A stretch of 64,000 nucleotides of DNA, taken from contig CAIOPG010000009.1 in NCBI GenBank assembly GCA_903860135.1, positions 175,805 through 239,804 on the forward strand. Reading direction: 5' to 3'. Shown in pieces: positions 10,802 through 21,100 of this stretch (position 1 is the stretch's first letter; every line of letters starts with the position of its first letter). The position numbers and the translations under genes are program-made. The notes beneath the pieces are model-generated. The model searched no databases, was not told the origin of the DNA, and was given only the letters and a program-made list of their open reading frames with translations. Origin of the DNA: Candidatus Omnitrophota bacterium. GTDB taxonomy: Bacteria; Omnitrophota; Gorgyraeia; Zapsychrales; Fredricksoniimonadaceae.

Positions 10802-12709
10802 TCAGGCTCCTTTTTCTTTTAATTCCCGCCGTAAATGCTCAACCGACTCGCGTAAAAGACGGCAATAAAGGTCAAACCCTATTGACGCAATATAACCATG
10901 CTGCTGTTCGCCCAGCAAATTCCCGGCCCCGCGGATCTGCAGATCCTCAAATGCGATATTGAACCCTGCGCCGAGATCAGTGAACTTGGCCAGTGCATCC
11001 AGCCGTTGGCGCGCCACCCCGGAAATTTGTCCTTGCTCGGGTACAATGAAATAAGCATACGCCTTAACATCCATCCGCCCCACCCTGCCACGCAGTTGAT
11101 GCAGATCCGCAAGCCCGAATCGGTCCGCCCGATTGACAATAAGCGTATTGGCATTGGGTATATCAATCCCAGATTCTATTATAGTAGTGCAAACCAAACA
11201 ATCAACCTCGCGCTTGAGAAATTTAAGCATGACCTCTTCAAGCATACGGCCCGGCATCTGCCCGTGCCCCACCGCCAGCCGCACGCGCGGTACCAGGCGC
11301 TGGATCAACCTTGCGATCGGATCAATATCCTCGACATGATTATGCAGAAAGAAAACCTGCCCTCCGCGCCTGAGTTCCTGATCTATCGCGGCGCCAATAA
11401 CCTCCTCATCAAAATGGATCATGTGGGTGGAGACCGGTATCCGGTTCTGGGGCGGTGTCGCAATCACCGACATGTCGCGCGCTCCTGCCATGGCCATATA
11501 GAGCGTACGCGGAATAGGTGTCGCTGTCAAGGTCAGCACGTCTGCCAGCAATTTCATGTGCTTAAGGCGTTCTTTAGCCGTCACCCCGAAGCGCTGTTCC
11601 TCGTCAATGATAATAAGCCCGAGATCCTTGAAGGCGACATCTCCTGACAAAAGCCTGTGGGTACCGATGAGGATATCCACTTTCCCTTCTCGGGTTTGCG
11701 CAACAATGGCTGCCTGCTCAGCCTTGGTCCGAAAACGTGACAACATCCCCACGCGCACCGGAAAATCCTGCAGTCGCTTCACAAAATTAAAATAATGCTG
11801 TTCGGCAAGCACCGTCGTCGGCACAAGGACCGCCACCTGCTTGCCAGCCATAACGGCCTTGAAAGCGGCACGCATAGCCACCTCGGTCTTGCCATAGCCC
11901 ACGTCACCACACAAAAGGCGGTCCATCGGCTGAAGGGCTTCCATATCCGCCTTGACCTCAGCGGCGGCTTTGTCTTGATCGGGCGTGGCTGTAAAAGGAA
12001 ATTTCTTTTCAAACTCAACCTGCCATGAAGTGTCCGGTGGAAAAGGAAAACCCTTCAGGCTCTCCCGCACCGCCTGAACATGCAAAAGGCCGGCCGCCAG
12101 ATGCTGGAGGCGTTTTTCGATCTGACGCTTGACCTTCTCCCAGGTCCTGCTGCCCAGCGTGAAAAGACGCGGCGGTCTTTTGGTAAAACTGATATATTTC
12201 TGCACCAGATGCAAGTCATGCCGCGGCACATAAAGCTTATCGCCGCCCTCATATTCAATGACAAAATGCGCCAGCTTCCCGGTACCAGACTCAACATCTT
12301 TGATGCCCAGGAAACGGCCGATCCCGTGGACATTGTGAACAACATAATCCCCGCGCTCAATATCAATAAAATGATTGAGGGGCATATCAGCCGTGAACGG
12401 AATAACTTTCTTATGGTCCGCCGGACGCGTGGTACGCACCGGAAGAATAATCAGCGCCTTATGCTCCCATATATTCTTGCCGGTGAGCATATTGTAGGTA
12501 TAAATACGCCGCACACAATCATCGTCCATGTCCATACGGACAGGCGCATCAAAATTAACCGGGAAGATATCAATGATACTGCCGCGCACAGCGCATTGGC
12601 CGGGCTCTGCCACATGCTTGACACGGGCATAACCAAAACGAACGAGATCAACAACAATACTTTCCAGCGGGATGGTCTGGGAAATGAAATACTGCAGGGA
12701 TTTAAACAT
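10802..12709 (-). CDS. mfd: transcription-repair coupling factor Mfd, shortened architecture (about 635 aa)
   Basis: CarD/RID motif GDYVVHNVHGIGRFLGI...GGDKLYVPRHDLHLVQKY. SF2 motifs DRLLCGDVGYGKTEVAMRAAF, IIDEEQRFGV, LTLTATPIPRTL and HQLRGRVGR. The ORF ends right after the translocation (TRG) region (GFDLYCRLL...). Start taken at ATG 12709; the ORF-track start 12721 is a TTG. Confidence 0.85.
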   Translation of the reverse strand: MFKSLQYFISQTIPLESIVVDLVRFGYARVKHVAEPGQCAVRGSIIDIFPVNFDAPVRMDMDDDCVRRIYTYNMLTGKNIWEHKALIILPVRTTRPADHKKVIPFTADMPLNHFIDIERGDYVVHNVHGIGRFLGIKDVESGTGKLAHFVIEYEGGDKLYVPRHDLHLVQKYISFTKRPPRLFTLGSRTWEKVKRQIEKRLQHLAAGLLHVQAVRESLKGFPFPPDTSWQVEFEKKFPFTATPDQDKAAAEVKADMEALQPMDRLLCGDVGYGKTEVAMRAAFKAVMAGKQVAVLVPTTVLAEQHYFNFVKRLQDFPVRVGMLSRFRTKAEQAAIVAQTREGKVDILIGTHRLLSGDVAFKDLGLIIIDEEQRFGVTAKERLKHMKLLADVLTLTATPIPRTLYMAMAGARDMSVIATPPQNRIPVSTHMIHFDEEVIGAAIDQELRRGGQVFFLHNHVEDIDPIARLIQRLVPRVRLAVGHGQMPGRMLEEVMLKFLKREVDCLVCTTIIESGIDIPNANTLIVNRADRFGLADLHQLRGRVGRMDVKAYAYFIVPEQGQISGVARQRLDALAKFTDLGAGFNIAFEDLQIRGAGNLLGEQQHGYIASIGFDLYCRLLRESVEHLRRELKEKGA

Positions 12710-12723
12710 ACTTAAAACCAATG

Positions 12724-12766
12724 AAAAACCCCGGTCCCGGCAAGCGTTGGCCTGTCGGAACCGGGG
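12724..12766 (-). terminator. rho-independent terminator downstream of secDF
   Basis: Minus-strand RNA is CCCCGGUUCCGACAGG...CUUGCCGGGACCGGGG followed by UUUUUC. Stem is 7 bp plus 6 bp around a 1-nt mismatch. It begins 18 nt after the secDF stop and abuts the mfd start. Confidence 0.8.
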
Positions 12767-12783
12767 GAAAGAATTGCCTCACA

Positions 12784-14985
12784 TCACTGCCACTTCTTGT
12801 GCGACAACAGCACCAGCGGCGTGACGATGAACATGGTGGAATAAACACCGCACACAAAGCCGATGATCAAAACCAGTGAAAACGTGTTGAGCACTTCACC
12901 GCCGAAAATAAAAAGAGCAATGACAACAAGGAGCGTGACAAACGTGCTCAGCACCGTACGCCCAAGTGTCTGGTTGATGCTCAGGTTGATGACCTCGGCG
13001 AGCGAAAGCTTGCGGTTCTTGGCCGCGTTCTCGCGCACACGGTCAAACACGACGATCGTATCATTGACGGAATACCCCGCGATGGTTAAGAGTGCCGTCA
13101 CGACCAGAAGGTCGATCTGACGCCCCATCATGACGGAAAGCCCCAACGCCATCAGGATGTCATGGATCAAGGCAGCAACGCCGGCCGCGGCAAATCCAAA
13201 GTTCTTGAAACGGATCCCCACGTAGATCAAGATAGATGCCAGCGCTAAAAGGATCGCCCACAGCGCACGTTCACGCAGGGCTTTCCCGACAACGGGACCG
13301 ACCTTTTCAATGCGCAATGTCTCAAAGCTGTTATCCTTGAATTCCTTCTTGAAGATCGCCACAACCTTCTCGTACGTATCCTCGCTCGAACGAACGATCA
13401 CATCTTCGGGATTCTTGTCGAATTGCTGGATCACCGCGTCCTTGATATCCGCATCCTTCAACGCCTTGCGCAGGCTGTCAGCGGAAACAGCTTGCTTGAA
13501 GCGGTATTCCTGGACCTGACCGCCGGCGAAATCTATACCGTAGGCCATATCTTTCTTGGAAATGATCGCAAAAAGACCGGCCGCTGTGATCACCGCCGAA
13601 ATGATCAGGAAGAAATACATCGGCTTCACAAAGTCGATATTGGTCTGTTTGAACAAACGCATCATCTTGAGCGTCGTGAGTTTGCGCTTTTCAAGCAGGA
13701 AATCAAACATGGCGCGTGTGATATAAACAGCCGTAAACAGACTGGCCGCCAGACCGATGCTGAGCGTGATCGCGAAACCTTTGATTGGGCCGGATCCAAA
13801 CTGAAAAAGCAGGAATGAAGCGATCAGCGACGTGACATGCGAGTCAATGATCGCGCTCAATGCCCGGTCATACCCGCTGGCGACCGCCGCCGCCAGTGTC
13901 CGCCCGTTCTCCAATTCTTCCCGGATACGTTCATTGATAAGAACATTCGCGTCAACCGCCATCCCGAGTGTCAGGACGATACCCGCAATACCCGGCAAGG
14001 TCAGCGTGACCTGCGACCCCGGCATCATGACATTGATGAACCCCATCGCGCCGACGATCATCACAAGGTTCAGGATCAAGGCCACCGAAGCGATCATCCC
14101 GCCGATCCAGTAATAAATGATCATAAAAGCAAGGACAAAGAGCGAGCCGAACACAGTGGCGCGAATACCGGCATCAATGGAATCCTTGCCGAGCAAAGGC
14201 CCGATGGTGCGTTCTTCTTCCACATACATCGGCACAGGCAAAGAACCGGAACGCAACGCCAGCGCCAGCACAAACGATTCGTCATACGTGAACTGCCCGG
14301 ATATCTCCGCCGTCCCCGTCATGATCGCTTCCCTGATATTGGGCGCGGAAAGCACCTCGCCATCCATGACAATGGCCAGTCGTTCCCCCACATGCTTGCT
14401 GGTAAGATCAGCAAAATCCTTGGTGCCTTTCCCGTTGAAAGCCAGGGATATTTTGGGCAACATGGACTGTGAATCAAAATCAACCTTGGCATCCGAAATA
14501 GCATCACCCTGCAAGATCGCCTGCGCCTGAACAAGGATGGCTTCCCTGTTATCACCCTTGGCGTACTTAAGCTCAAGCCCTTCGGGAACTTTCCCGGCCA
14601 GCGCATCTTTTAATTTGGCCGGATCATTGTCCACAAGCCTGAATTCCAGGTGCGCGACGCGCTTGACCATATCCACAGCCCTGTCACGGTCGGTAACCCC
14701 CGGAAGTTGAACAAGGATCTGGTCTTCACCCTGGCGCTGGATCGCCGTCTCACCGACTCCCATGCTGTCGATGCGATTGCGCAGGATTTCCATCGCGCGC
14801 AACACAGCATCCTCTTTCTTGGTCTTGTCAGCGAGCTTGGAAGTATCAACCTTCAGGATAAGATGCATCCCGCCCTTCAGGTCAAGGCCAAGGTTAATAC
14901 GCTTTTGGATCGGCCAGGCAAACGCCACGCAAGCAACAATGACACCAAGGATGATCAGGAACCGGGTGCGAAGATTCTTACTCAT
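12784..14985 (-). CDS. secDF: protein translocase subunit SecDF (fused SecD-SecF)
   Basis: 733 aa. LGLDLKGGMHL (SecD head) plus two 6-TM RND-like halves (second half GIDFAGGQVQEY... resembles SecF). Lies downstream of yajC. Confidence 0.93.
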   Translation of the reverse strand: MSKNLRTRFLIILGVIVACVAFAWPIQKRINLGLDLKGGMHLILKVDTSKLADKTKKEDAVLRAMEILRNRIDSMGVGETAIQRQGEDQILVQLPGVTDRDRAVDMVKRVAHLEFRLVDNDPAKLKDALAGKVPEGLELKYAKGDNREAILVQAQAILQGDAISDAKVDFDSQSMLPKISLAFNGKGTKDFADLTSKHVGERLAIVMDGEVLSAPNIREAIMTGTAEISGQFTYDESFVLALALRSGSLPVPMYVEEERTIGPLLGKDSIDAGIRATVFGSLFVLAFMIIYYWIGGMIASVALILNLVMIVGAMGFINVMMPGSQVTLTLPGIAGIVLTLGMAVDANVLINERIREELENGRTLAAAVASGYDRALSAIIDSHVTSLIASFLLFQFGSGPIKGFAITLSIGLAASLFTAVYITRAMFDFLLEKRKLTTLKMMRLFKQTNIDFVKPMYFFLIISAVITAAGLFAIISKKDMAYGIDFAGGQVQEYRFKQAVSADSLRKALKDADIKDAVIQQFDKNPEDVIVRSSEDTYEKVVAIFKKEFKDNSFETLRIEKVGPVVGKALRERALWAILLALASILIYVGIRFKNFGFAAAGVAALIHDILMALGLSVMMGRQIDLLVVTALLTIAGYSVNDTIVVFDRVRENAAKNRKLSLAEVINLSINQTLGRTVLSTFVTLLVVIALFIFGGEVLNTFSLVLIIGFVCGVYSTMFIVTPLVLLSHKKWQ

Positions 14986-15048
14986 GACTTCCCTCTTTTT
15001 AGAAAGTTACCCCATTCAAGGGCTTATACGGCATCCCTGCCGGACGCG

Positions 15049-15327
15049 TTACTCTGCTTTTTTCTTGAGGACCAGGATCGCTTCCCGATCAAACTCAACA
15101 CGGACATTTTCATCCAGACGAAGCACGATCGTGGTATCTTTAACATTGACAACCACCCCGTGAATACCGCCGGATGTAACCACTTCATCGTTCTTGGCCA
15201 GAGCTTTGATCATCGCCTGATGTTCTTTCTGTTTCTTTTTCTCAGGACGGATAACCAGAAAATAAAAGATCGCGAAAATAAGCAGCATCGGAACAATCTG
15301 CGTAATGATGGAAGACTGCGCTGGCAT
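15049..15327 (-). CDS. yajC: preprotein translocase subunit YajC
   Basis: 92 aa with a single TM helix (IVPMLLIFAIFYFLVIRP) and EKKKQKEHQAMIKAL..GDEVVTSGGIHG. Lies upstream of secDF. Confidence 0.9.
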   Translation of the reverse strand: MPAQSSIITQIVPMLLIFAIFYFLVIRPEKKKQKEHQAMIKALAKNDEVVTSGGIHGVVVNVKDTTIVLRLDENVRVEFDREAILVLKKKAE

Positions 15328-15344
15328 ACGACAACCTTTCGATG

Positions 15345-15596
15345 TTACTTTTGTTGCTTGGTTTTGTTATACAGCGAGCGGACAGTATCTGACATCTGTG
15401 CCCCTGTCTTGACCCACTTTTCAACCTTGGCCGTATCAAGTTTATAAACAGCCGGCTTCTTCGAAGGGTCGTAATGCCCCACGATCTCAAGCACCCTGCC
15501 GTCACGTGCGGACGACTTGCTGATAACAACGATGCGCCAATTGGTGTTCTTCTGGGCCGGATCGCCCGCTCTCTGCATCCTGATCTTGACTTCCAT
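15345..15596 (-). CDS. rpsP: 30S ribosomal protein S16
   Basis: 83 aa. VKIRMQRAG....NWRIVV..S.ARDGR..E..G.YDP pattern typical of bS16. Confidence 0.93.
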   Translation of the reverse strand: MEVKIRMQRAGDPAQKNTNWRIVVISKSSARDGRVLEIVGHYDPSKKPAVYKLDTAKVEKWVKTGAQMSDTVRSLYNKTKQQK

Positions 15597-15628
15597 TGCT
15601 CCTGTTTCCTTTCTTCGTTCGTTTTTGC

Positions 15629-17152
15629 TCAGCGCGCGTGGGCCAACTCGAGGGCCACGATCTGCGCTTTTGCCTTGTTGACTGTTTCCTTATATTCACT
15701 GGCCGGATCCGAATCCGCCACAATGCCGGCACCAGCCTGGACATACGCCTTGGAACCCCCAGGACCTTTCTTGATCACAATGGTGCGTATTGTAATACAA
15801 GTATCGATATCTTGCGAGAAACTTATGTAACCAACACATCCGCCATAGGGTCCGCGCCGCGCAGGCTCAAGCGCCTCAATGATCTCCATGGCCCGGATCT
15901 TAGGGGCTCCCGAGAGGGTTCCCGCCGGGAAAGTGGCCTCAAGGGCCGATAAAGCGTCATGCCCCGGCTGAAGGCGCCCCTGCACATTGGAAACAATATG
16001 CATGACATGCGAATACTTTTCAACGGACATAAAATCAGTAACCTTGACAGTTCCTTCCACGCACACCCGGCCAAGGTCATTGCGGCCAAGATCGACCAGC
16101 ATCACATGTTCCGCGACCTCCTTAGGATCCGCCAGCAGTTCCCTGGCCAAACATTCATCCTCCTCCGGAGACTTTCCCCGCGGGCGCGTACCGGCAATAG
16201 GCCGTGTCTCCACAAGCCCGGCCTCACAGCGCACCAGCAATTCCGGTGATGACCCTACAATGGACAGCCCTTCCATATCCAGAAGATACATGTACGGCGA
16301 AGGGTTGAGTGTGCGCAATGTCCTGTAAATATTGACCGGGCTCGCCGTAACAGCAACATCAAAACGCTGGGAAAGAACGACCTGGATGATCTCCCCGGCC
16401 TTGATCTCTTCCTTGGCGGCAACCACCATGCGCTCATAACCCCCAGCCGTGCAATTAGCGCGCACCTTCAACTTCCTCGCCGGTACGGCCTTGGCAGCAG
16501 GCAATCGCAAAGGCCGTGTGATGACCGCAATCAACGCGTCAATGCGTTGCATGGCCGCCCTATATTTTCCCTGCAAGACTTTTCGGCTTTCACCGGTCCC
16601 TATATCCACACAGGCCACAACCTTGATCGTATGATGCAGGTGATCAAAAATGACCAGGTCTTTGGCCATCATGAGAACAACATCCGGAAGCTCAAGATCA
16701 TCAGGCTTCTGTACGGGAACTTTCTCGAAGAAACGTACCGTATCGTAACTCAAATACCCGACAAACCCGCCGCTAAAACCCGGCAATCCGGGGATATTGA
16801 CAAATTTGTAATGCCCGATCAGCGCACGCACAAGTTCCAGCGGCGTTGTGTCAAAGGTACATGTTTCCCTGACAGGTTTGCCCCGGTTAAAACGGATGAT
16901 CGCCCCCGCATGATCTTTAGTCGTCAGCACAAGTTCCGGGTCGCGCGCCAGAAAAGAATATCGCGCCAGTTTCTCGCCGCCCTCGACGGATTCAAGGAGA
17001 AAAGAATATTGGGCTTTGGCCGAAAGCTTGATATAGGCCGCTACCGGTGTTTCCAGATCACCGTCAATTTCTTTATACACAGGGACAAGATTCCCCTGCC
17101 GGGCATAATCCAAAAATTCTTTTTCGGTCACATGCTTCATGCCCGCACACAT
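15629..17152 (-). CDS. trpE: anthranilate synthase component I (chorismate-binding enzyme, TrpE type)
   Basis: 507 aa. [18 protein letters not shown] (the LLES regulatory motif of TrpE), [10 protein letters not shown], and C-terminal [10 protein letters not shown]. An alternative start at ATG 17140 forms an ATGA overlap with the hisF stop. Confidence 0.85.
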   Translation of the reverse strand: MCAGMKHVTEKEFLDYARQGNLVPVYKEIDGDLETPVAAYIKLSAKAQYSFLLESVEGGEKLARYSFLARDPELVLTTKDHAGAIIRFNRGKPVRETCTFDTTPLELVRALIGHYKFVNIPGLPGFSGGFVGYLSYDTVRFFEKVPVQKPDDLELPDVVLMMAKDLVIFDHLHHTIKVVACVDIGTGESRKVLQGKYRAAMQRIDALIAVITRPLRLPAAKAVPARKLKVRANCTAGGYERMVVAAKEEIKAGEIIQVVLSQRFDVAVTASPVNIYRTLRTLNPSPYMYLLDMEGLSIVGSSPELLVRCEAGLVETRPIAGTRPRGKSPEEDECLARELLADPKEVAEHVMLVDLGRNDLGRVCVEGTVKVTDFMSVEKYSHVMHIVSNVQGRLQPGHDALSALEATFPAGTLSGAPKIRAMEIIEALEPARRGPYGGCVGYISFSQDIDTCITIRTIVIKKGPGGSKAYVQAGAGIVADSDPASEYKETVNKAKAQIVALELAHAR

Positions 17153-17892
17153 ACGCCTTTCGCGCGCAGATGATCTTTAACCTGTCTAACCGATATTTCA
17201 CCGTAATGAAAGATCGAAGCCGCCAATCCGGCATCGGCCCCGGTGTGCCTGAAGAGAGCTGAAAAATCATCGACACGACCCGCCCCGCCCGACGCGATCA
17301 CAGGAATATTCACCGCCGCCGCCACCGCCTGCGTCAAGGGCAGATCAAAGCCGTCTTTGGTGCCGTCGGCATCCATACTCGTCAGGAGTATCTCACCGGC
17401 ACCCAGGCGCTCGACCTCACGCGCCCAAGCAACCGCCTCTTTATCCGTTGGGCGCCGTCCGCCATGCGTGAAGACCATCCAGCGGCCGTCGATAAGGCGC
17501 GTATCAATGGCCACCACAATGCACTGGCTCCCGAAACGCTCGGCCGCCTCGCGCACAAGATCAGGGTTCGCTACCGCCGCCGTATTGATCGACGCCTTGT
17601 CAGCCCCCGCATTCAACAGCCGGCGGATATCCTCGACGGCATTGATCCCGCCGCCGACCGTCAACGGCATGAAGACCTGCTCCGCTGTCCGGTTCACCAC
17701 ATCAATGAATGTCTTGCGGCCTTCATGGCTGGCGGTAATATCAAGGAACACCAGCTCATCAGCTTGCGCGGTATCATAGATCTTCGCCACCTCAACAGGG
17801 TCTCCCGCGTCACGCAAGTTCAGGAAATTAACACCTTTGACCACGCGCCCGTCTTTCACATCAAGGCAAGGGATGATGCGCTTGGTCAACAT
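17137..17892 (-). CDS. hisF: imidazole glycerol phosphate synthase cyclase subunit
   Basis: [37 protein letters not shown]. 251 aa. Confidence 0.96.
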   Translation of the reverse strand: MLTKRIIPCLDVKDGRVVKGVNFLNLRDAGDPVEVAKIYDTAQADELVFLDITASHEGRKTFIDVVNRTAEQVFMPLTVGGGINAVEDIRRLLNAGADKASINTAAVANPDLVREAAERFGSQCIVVAIDTRLIDGRWMVFTHGGRRPTDKEAVAWAREVERLGAGEILLTSMDADGTKDGFDLPLTQAVAAAVNIPVIASGGAGRVDDFSALFRHTGADAGLAASIFHYGEISVRQVKDHLRAKGVCVRA

Positions 17893-18620
17893 GCTTTGCC
17901 TCCGGAAAGCGCCAGTGCCTCCCTGACATCCAGGGTGCCTTCATAAATAGCGCGGCCGGTAATGACCCCGTAAAGGTTTTTCTTCCCGAGGGCTTGCAAG
18001 GCCCGGATATCATCGAGGCTTTTGACCCCGCCCGAAGCAATGATGTTAACCCCGGCGAGCACCAGCATCTCGTTCAATCCATTGATATTCGGTCCTGCCA
18101 GGGTCCCGTCGCGGGCAATATCCGTATAAATAATATATTGCAATCCCATGTCCGCCAATTCCCGGGCAAGATCGATCCCTTTAATAGTCGAAGTCTCGAC
18201 CCAGCCGCGCCGGGCAACAAAACCATCCGCGCAATCAAGGCTGACAGCAATACGCCCGCCCCATGACGCAAGGACATCCTTAAGAAAAGAACGGTCATCC
18301 ACAACCTTGGTGCCAAGGATAACACGATCGATCCCGGCTTCAAGGTAATGGTCAACGACATCACGGCTGCGGATCCCCCCGCCGGTCTCAACCGGGATGT
18401 TGAGTTCCCTGGCTATCTGGCAAATCGTTGCCTGATTCCGCCGCTGGCCCGATTCGGCACCGTCGAGGTCAACCACATGCAGGTAAGGAGCTCCCAACGC
18501 TTCCCATTGCCTGGCCATGGCCACAGGATCAGAACCATATTCTGTTACCTGATCAAAACGCCCCTTGAACAGGCGTACGACCTTGCCGTCTTTGATATCG
18601 ATCGCGGGGATGATCAGCAT
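17886..18620 (-). CDS. hisA: 1-(5-phosphoribosyl)-5-[(5-phosphoribosylamino)methylideneamino]imidazole-4-carboxamide isomerase
   Basis: [17 protein letters not shown]... at internal ATG 18620. The 28-codon ORF-track extension to 18704 overlaps hisH. GGGIRS and SGGV motifs. Confidence 0.92.
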   Translation of the reverse strand: MLIIPAIDIKDGKVVRLFKGRFDQVTEYGSDPVAMARQWEALGAPYLHVVDLDGAESGQRRNQATICQIARELNIPVETGGGIRSRDVVDHYLEAGIDRVILGTKVVDDRSFLKDVLASWGGRIAVSLDCADGFVARRGWVETSTIKGIDLARELADMGLQYIIYTDIARDGTLAGPNINGLNEMLVLAGVNIIASGGVKSLDDIRALQALGKKNLYGVITGRAIYEGTLDVREALALSGGKAC

Positions 18621-19216
18621 GCGACAAAATTCTCCAGTATCTTCAGGCCGACGGTCTGGCTTTTTTCCGGATGGAACTGAACACCCCAAATATTCCCCGC
18701 ACACACCGCCGAGGCATAACTCAGCCCGTAATCCGTCATGGCTGAGCGGATCTTCATATCCACAGGCTTAACAAAATACGAATGACAAAAATAAACAAAA
18801 GCCCCATCGGCAATGCCCCTGAACATCGGGCAACCCTCGTGCACAATAGCGAGACTGTTCCAACCCATTTGCGGCACCTTAACAGAATTCGGAAAACGTT
18901 CAACGGTCCCGGGCAAAAGGCCTAACCCTTGGACTGATCCCCCTTCGGTGCTTGATTCAAAAAGAAGCTGAAACCCCAGGCATATCCCCAGAAACGGTTT
19001 GCCCGAGGCGGTGAATGCTTTTATCGCGTCGATCAACCCAAGCTCTCCAAGCCTCTCCATCGCCGGGCGTATCGCCCCCACCCCCGGCAGGACAAGCTTG
19101 TCCGCCAGCGCCACCTCGGCCGGCGATGTCACGATGCGCGTTTTGCCCCCGGACACCTCAATGGCCTTCTCAACACTGCGCAAGTTCCCCATGCCGTAAT
19201 CAACAATAGCGATCAT
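18614..19216 (-). CDS. hisH: imidazole glycerol phosphate synthase glutamine amidotransferase subunit
   Basis: MIAIVDYGMGNLRSV, GICLGFQLL (catalytic Cys), GVQFHPEKS. 200 aa. Confidence 0.96.
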   Translation of the reverse strand: MIAIVDYGMGNLRSVEKAIEVSGGKTRIVTSPAEVALADKLVLPGVGAIRPAMERLGELGLIDAIKAFTASGKPFLGICLGFQLLFESSTEGGSVQGLGLLPGTVERFPNSVKVPQMGWNSLAIVHEGCPMFRGIADGAFVYFCHSYFVKPVDMKIRSAMTDYGLSYASAVCAGNIWGVQFHPEKSQTVGLKILENFVAC

Positions 19217-19827
19217 CAGTCAATGATCCCTTTGGTCGACGGCACGATCCCCTCGCGGCGCGGATCAACCTGTGTCGCCTGGTCAAGGGCCAAGCCCAAA
19301 GCCTTAAAGACAGCCTCGACATTGGTATGCACATCATCCGAAACATTCTGGACTGTCACGCTGATCGTTGCTCCCAACGCGTGCGCAAACGATTCCATGA
19401 AATGCTCAAGATAGGTGAATGAATATTCTTCCTTACCCTTCAACTGAACAACCTTGTCTTCCTCGATGTTCAGCTTGAAATACCCGCGGCCGCTGATATC
19501 CAGCAGTACACGTGCGGTCGTGGCCTCCATCGGCGCGCCTGCCCCGCCGAAACGGCGGATGCCGGCTTTATCGCCAAGGGCTTCACGGAACGCCTTGCCC
19601 AAGACAATGCCGATATCCTCATTCGTATGATGAATATCAATGGCCGTATCCGAACATACCACGTCCAGTTCCAGATCAAAAAGGCCATGGAAAGCAAAAA
19701 GCTCGATCATATGATCAAGGAAAGCGATGCCCGTCTTGATCCGGGCACGATCACCGCGCCCGTCGACATTCAGCTTTGCCTTGATATGCGTTTCCTTGCT
19801 TTTACGTTCGATCATGGATGTTCTCAT
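19216..19827 (-). CDS. hisB: imidazoleglycerol-phosphate dehydratase
   Basis: RKSKETHIKAKLNVDG, GIAFLDHM, HHTNEDIGI, HAxxEAxFKA-like C-terminus. 203 aa. Confidence 0.94.
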   Translation of the reverse strand: MRTSMIERKSKETHIKAKLNVDGRGDRARIKTGIAFLDHMIELFAFHGLFDLELDVVCSDTAIDIHHTNEDIGIVLGKAFREALGDKAGIRRFGGAGAPMEATTARVLLDISGRGYFKLNIEEDKVVQLKGKEEYSFTYLEHFMESFAHALGATISVTVQNVSDDVHTNVEAVFKALGLALDQATQVDPRREGIVPSTKGIID

Positions 19828-19876
19828 AAGCCTGCCCTTTCTCCCGCGCGCGTCAAGGCCGCACCTGGATCAACCT

Positions 19877-21100
19877 TTATTTAAACCTGACATTAACCGA
19901 TTCCGCGTGTTTGACAAGACCCTCGATCATGGCAATGCGCTCGAGCGATTCGCGTACTTTCTCCAGCGCCTTCCTGGAATAAGAGACGATGTGGCTTGTC
20001 TTCATAAAACTGGAAAGGCTCAATCCCGACGCAAAACGCGCCGTCCCTAATGTGGGCAGGACATGGCTTGGCCCGGCCACATAATCGCCCAGCGGTGTCG
20101 GGCTGTACGGCCCCAGGAAAATAGCCCCGGCATGACGGATCATTTTGGCCACATTGGCAGGGTCGCTGGTCAGGATCTGCAAATGTTCGGGCGCGAGCCT
20201 GTTGGCGATCTCGCACGCGGCTTCCATGTTCTTGGCATAAATGACATAACCGCCCTGAACACGATTCCTGACCTGACGGATCAACTGCTTGGATGTCGAC
20301 ACAAGGATGGCAAGCCCGCCGGAATGCTCGATCTGCGATTCAAGGTCAGCCACCACATAATCAGGATTGCTCAGGCGATTGGCGATCACCACCAGTTCGG
20401 TAGGACCGGCGAGCATGTCAATATCCACATAACCAAAAAGCTGACGTTTGGCCTCGGTGACATAGGCATTGCCCGGCCCGACGATCTTGTCTACCCGGGG
20501 GATCGTGCGCGTCCCAAAAGCCAGCGCCGCGATCGCCTGTGCCCCGCCGACCTTATAAACTTCATTCACATTCAACAGATTCGCCACCGCCAGGATATGC
20601 GGATTCACATGCCCGTCCTTCCCGGGAGGTGTCAGGATCACGATCCGTTTCACACCCGCGATCTTCGCCGGGACAACGGTCATGTACACCGAAGACACCA
20701 ACGGTGCCGTTCCCGCCGGGATATAGACCCCCACCGTATCGATCGGACGGAATTCTTCTTTCAGAAGAATCCCGTCTTCACTCTTGATACAGCAGGGCTT
20801 CTTGATCTGACTGCGATAAAAAGCCGTCACATTATGGATAACCATCTTGAGCGTCGCGACAAATTCCGGCTTGATATTCTGAAAGGCACCGCTGATCTCG
20901 CTCTCGGCCACGCGCAGATCTCGGGGTGAAAGCTTGACATGATCGAACCGGGCGGTATATTTCAATACGGCTTCATCCCCGTGCAGGCGAATATCCTCGA
21001 CGATCCGCGCCACCTTGCTGACCACACTTTTGCGGCGATAATAAAGATTCCTGTCATAAAGCTGGTAAACAGCCTTGCTGTTTGACTTTAACAATTTCAT
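19877..21100 (-). CDS. hisD: histidinol dehydrogenase
   Basis: 407 aa. GVYIPAGTAPLVSSVYM, AGPTELVVIA, and SQIEHS motif region. Lies upstream of hisB. Confidence 0.93.
   Translation of the reverse strand: MKLLKSNSKAVYQLYDRNLYYRRKSVVSKVARIVEDIRLHGDEAVLKYTARFDHVKLSPRDLRVAESEISGAFQNIKPEFVATLKMVIHNVTAFYRSQIKKPCCIKSEDGILLKEEFRPIDTVGVYIPAGTAPLVSSVYMTVVPAKIAGVKRIVILTPPGKDGHVNPHILAVANLLNVNEVYKVGGAQAIAALAFGTRTIPRVDKIVGPGNAYVTEAKRQLFGYVDIDMLAGPTELVVIANRLSNPDYVVADLESQIEHSGGLAILVSTSKQLIRQVRNRVQGGYVIYAKNMEAACEIANRLAPEHLQILTSDPANVAKMIRHAGAIFLGPYSPTPLGDYVAGPSHVLPTLGTARFASGLSLSSFMKTSHIVSYSRKALEKVRESLERIAMIEGLVKHAESVNVRFK

Noticed and set aside
10802-12721. Whether the 635-aa helicase is RecG rather than Mfd
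   Set aside because: It carries the CarD/TRCF RNAP-interaction motif (GDYVVHNVHGIGRF...KLYVP) and the Mfd-type GDVGYGKTEVA motif. It has a UvrB-homology-like N-segment rather than a RecG wedge domain.
14650-15447. Long plus-strand ORFs (for example 14650-15447 at 265 aa, 20063-20929 at 288 aa, 55999-56862 at 287 aa, 52594-53382 at 262 aa, 3944-4687 at 247 aa, 7324-8061 at 245 aa, 10898-11647 at 249 aa)
   Set aside because: Each lies entirely antisense to a minus-strand gene with unmistakable family motifs. Their translations are Arg/Pro/His-rich low-complexity sequence with no recognisable motif. Such shadow ORFs are expected in GC-rich coding DNA.
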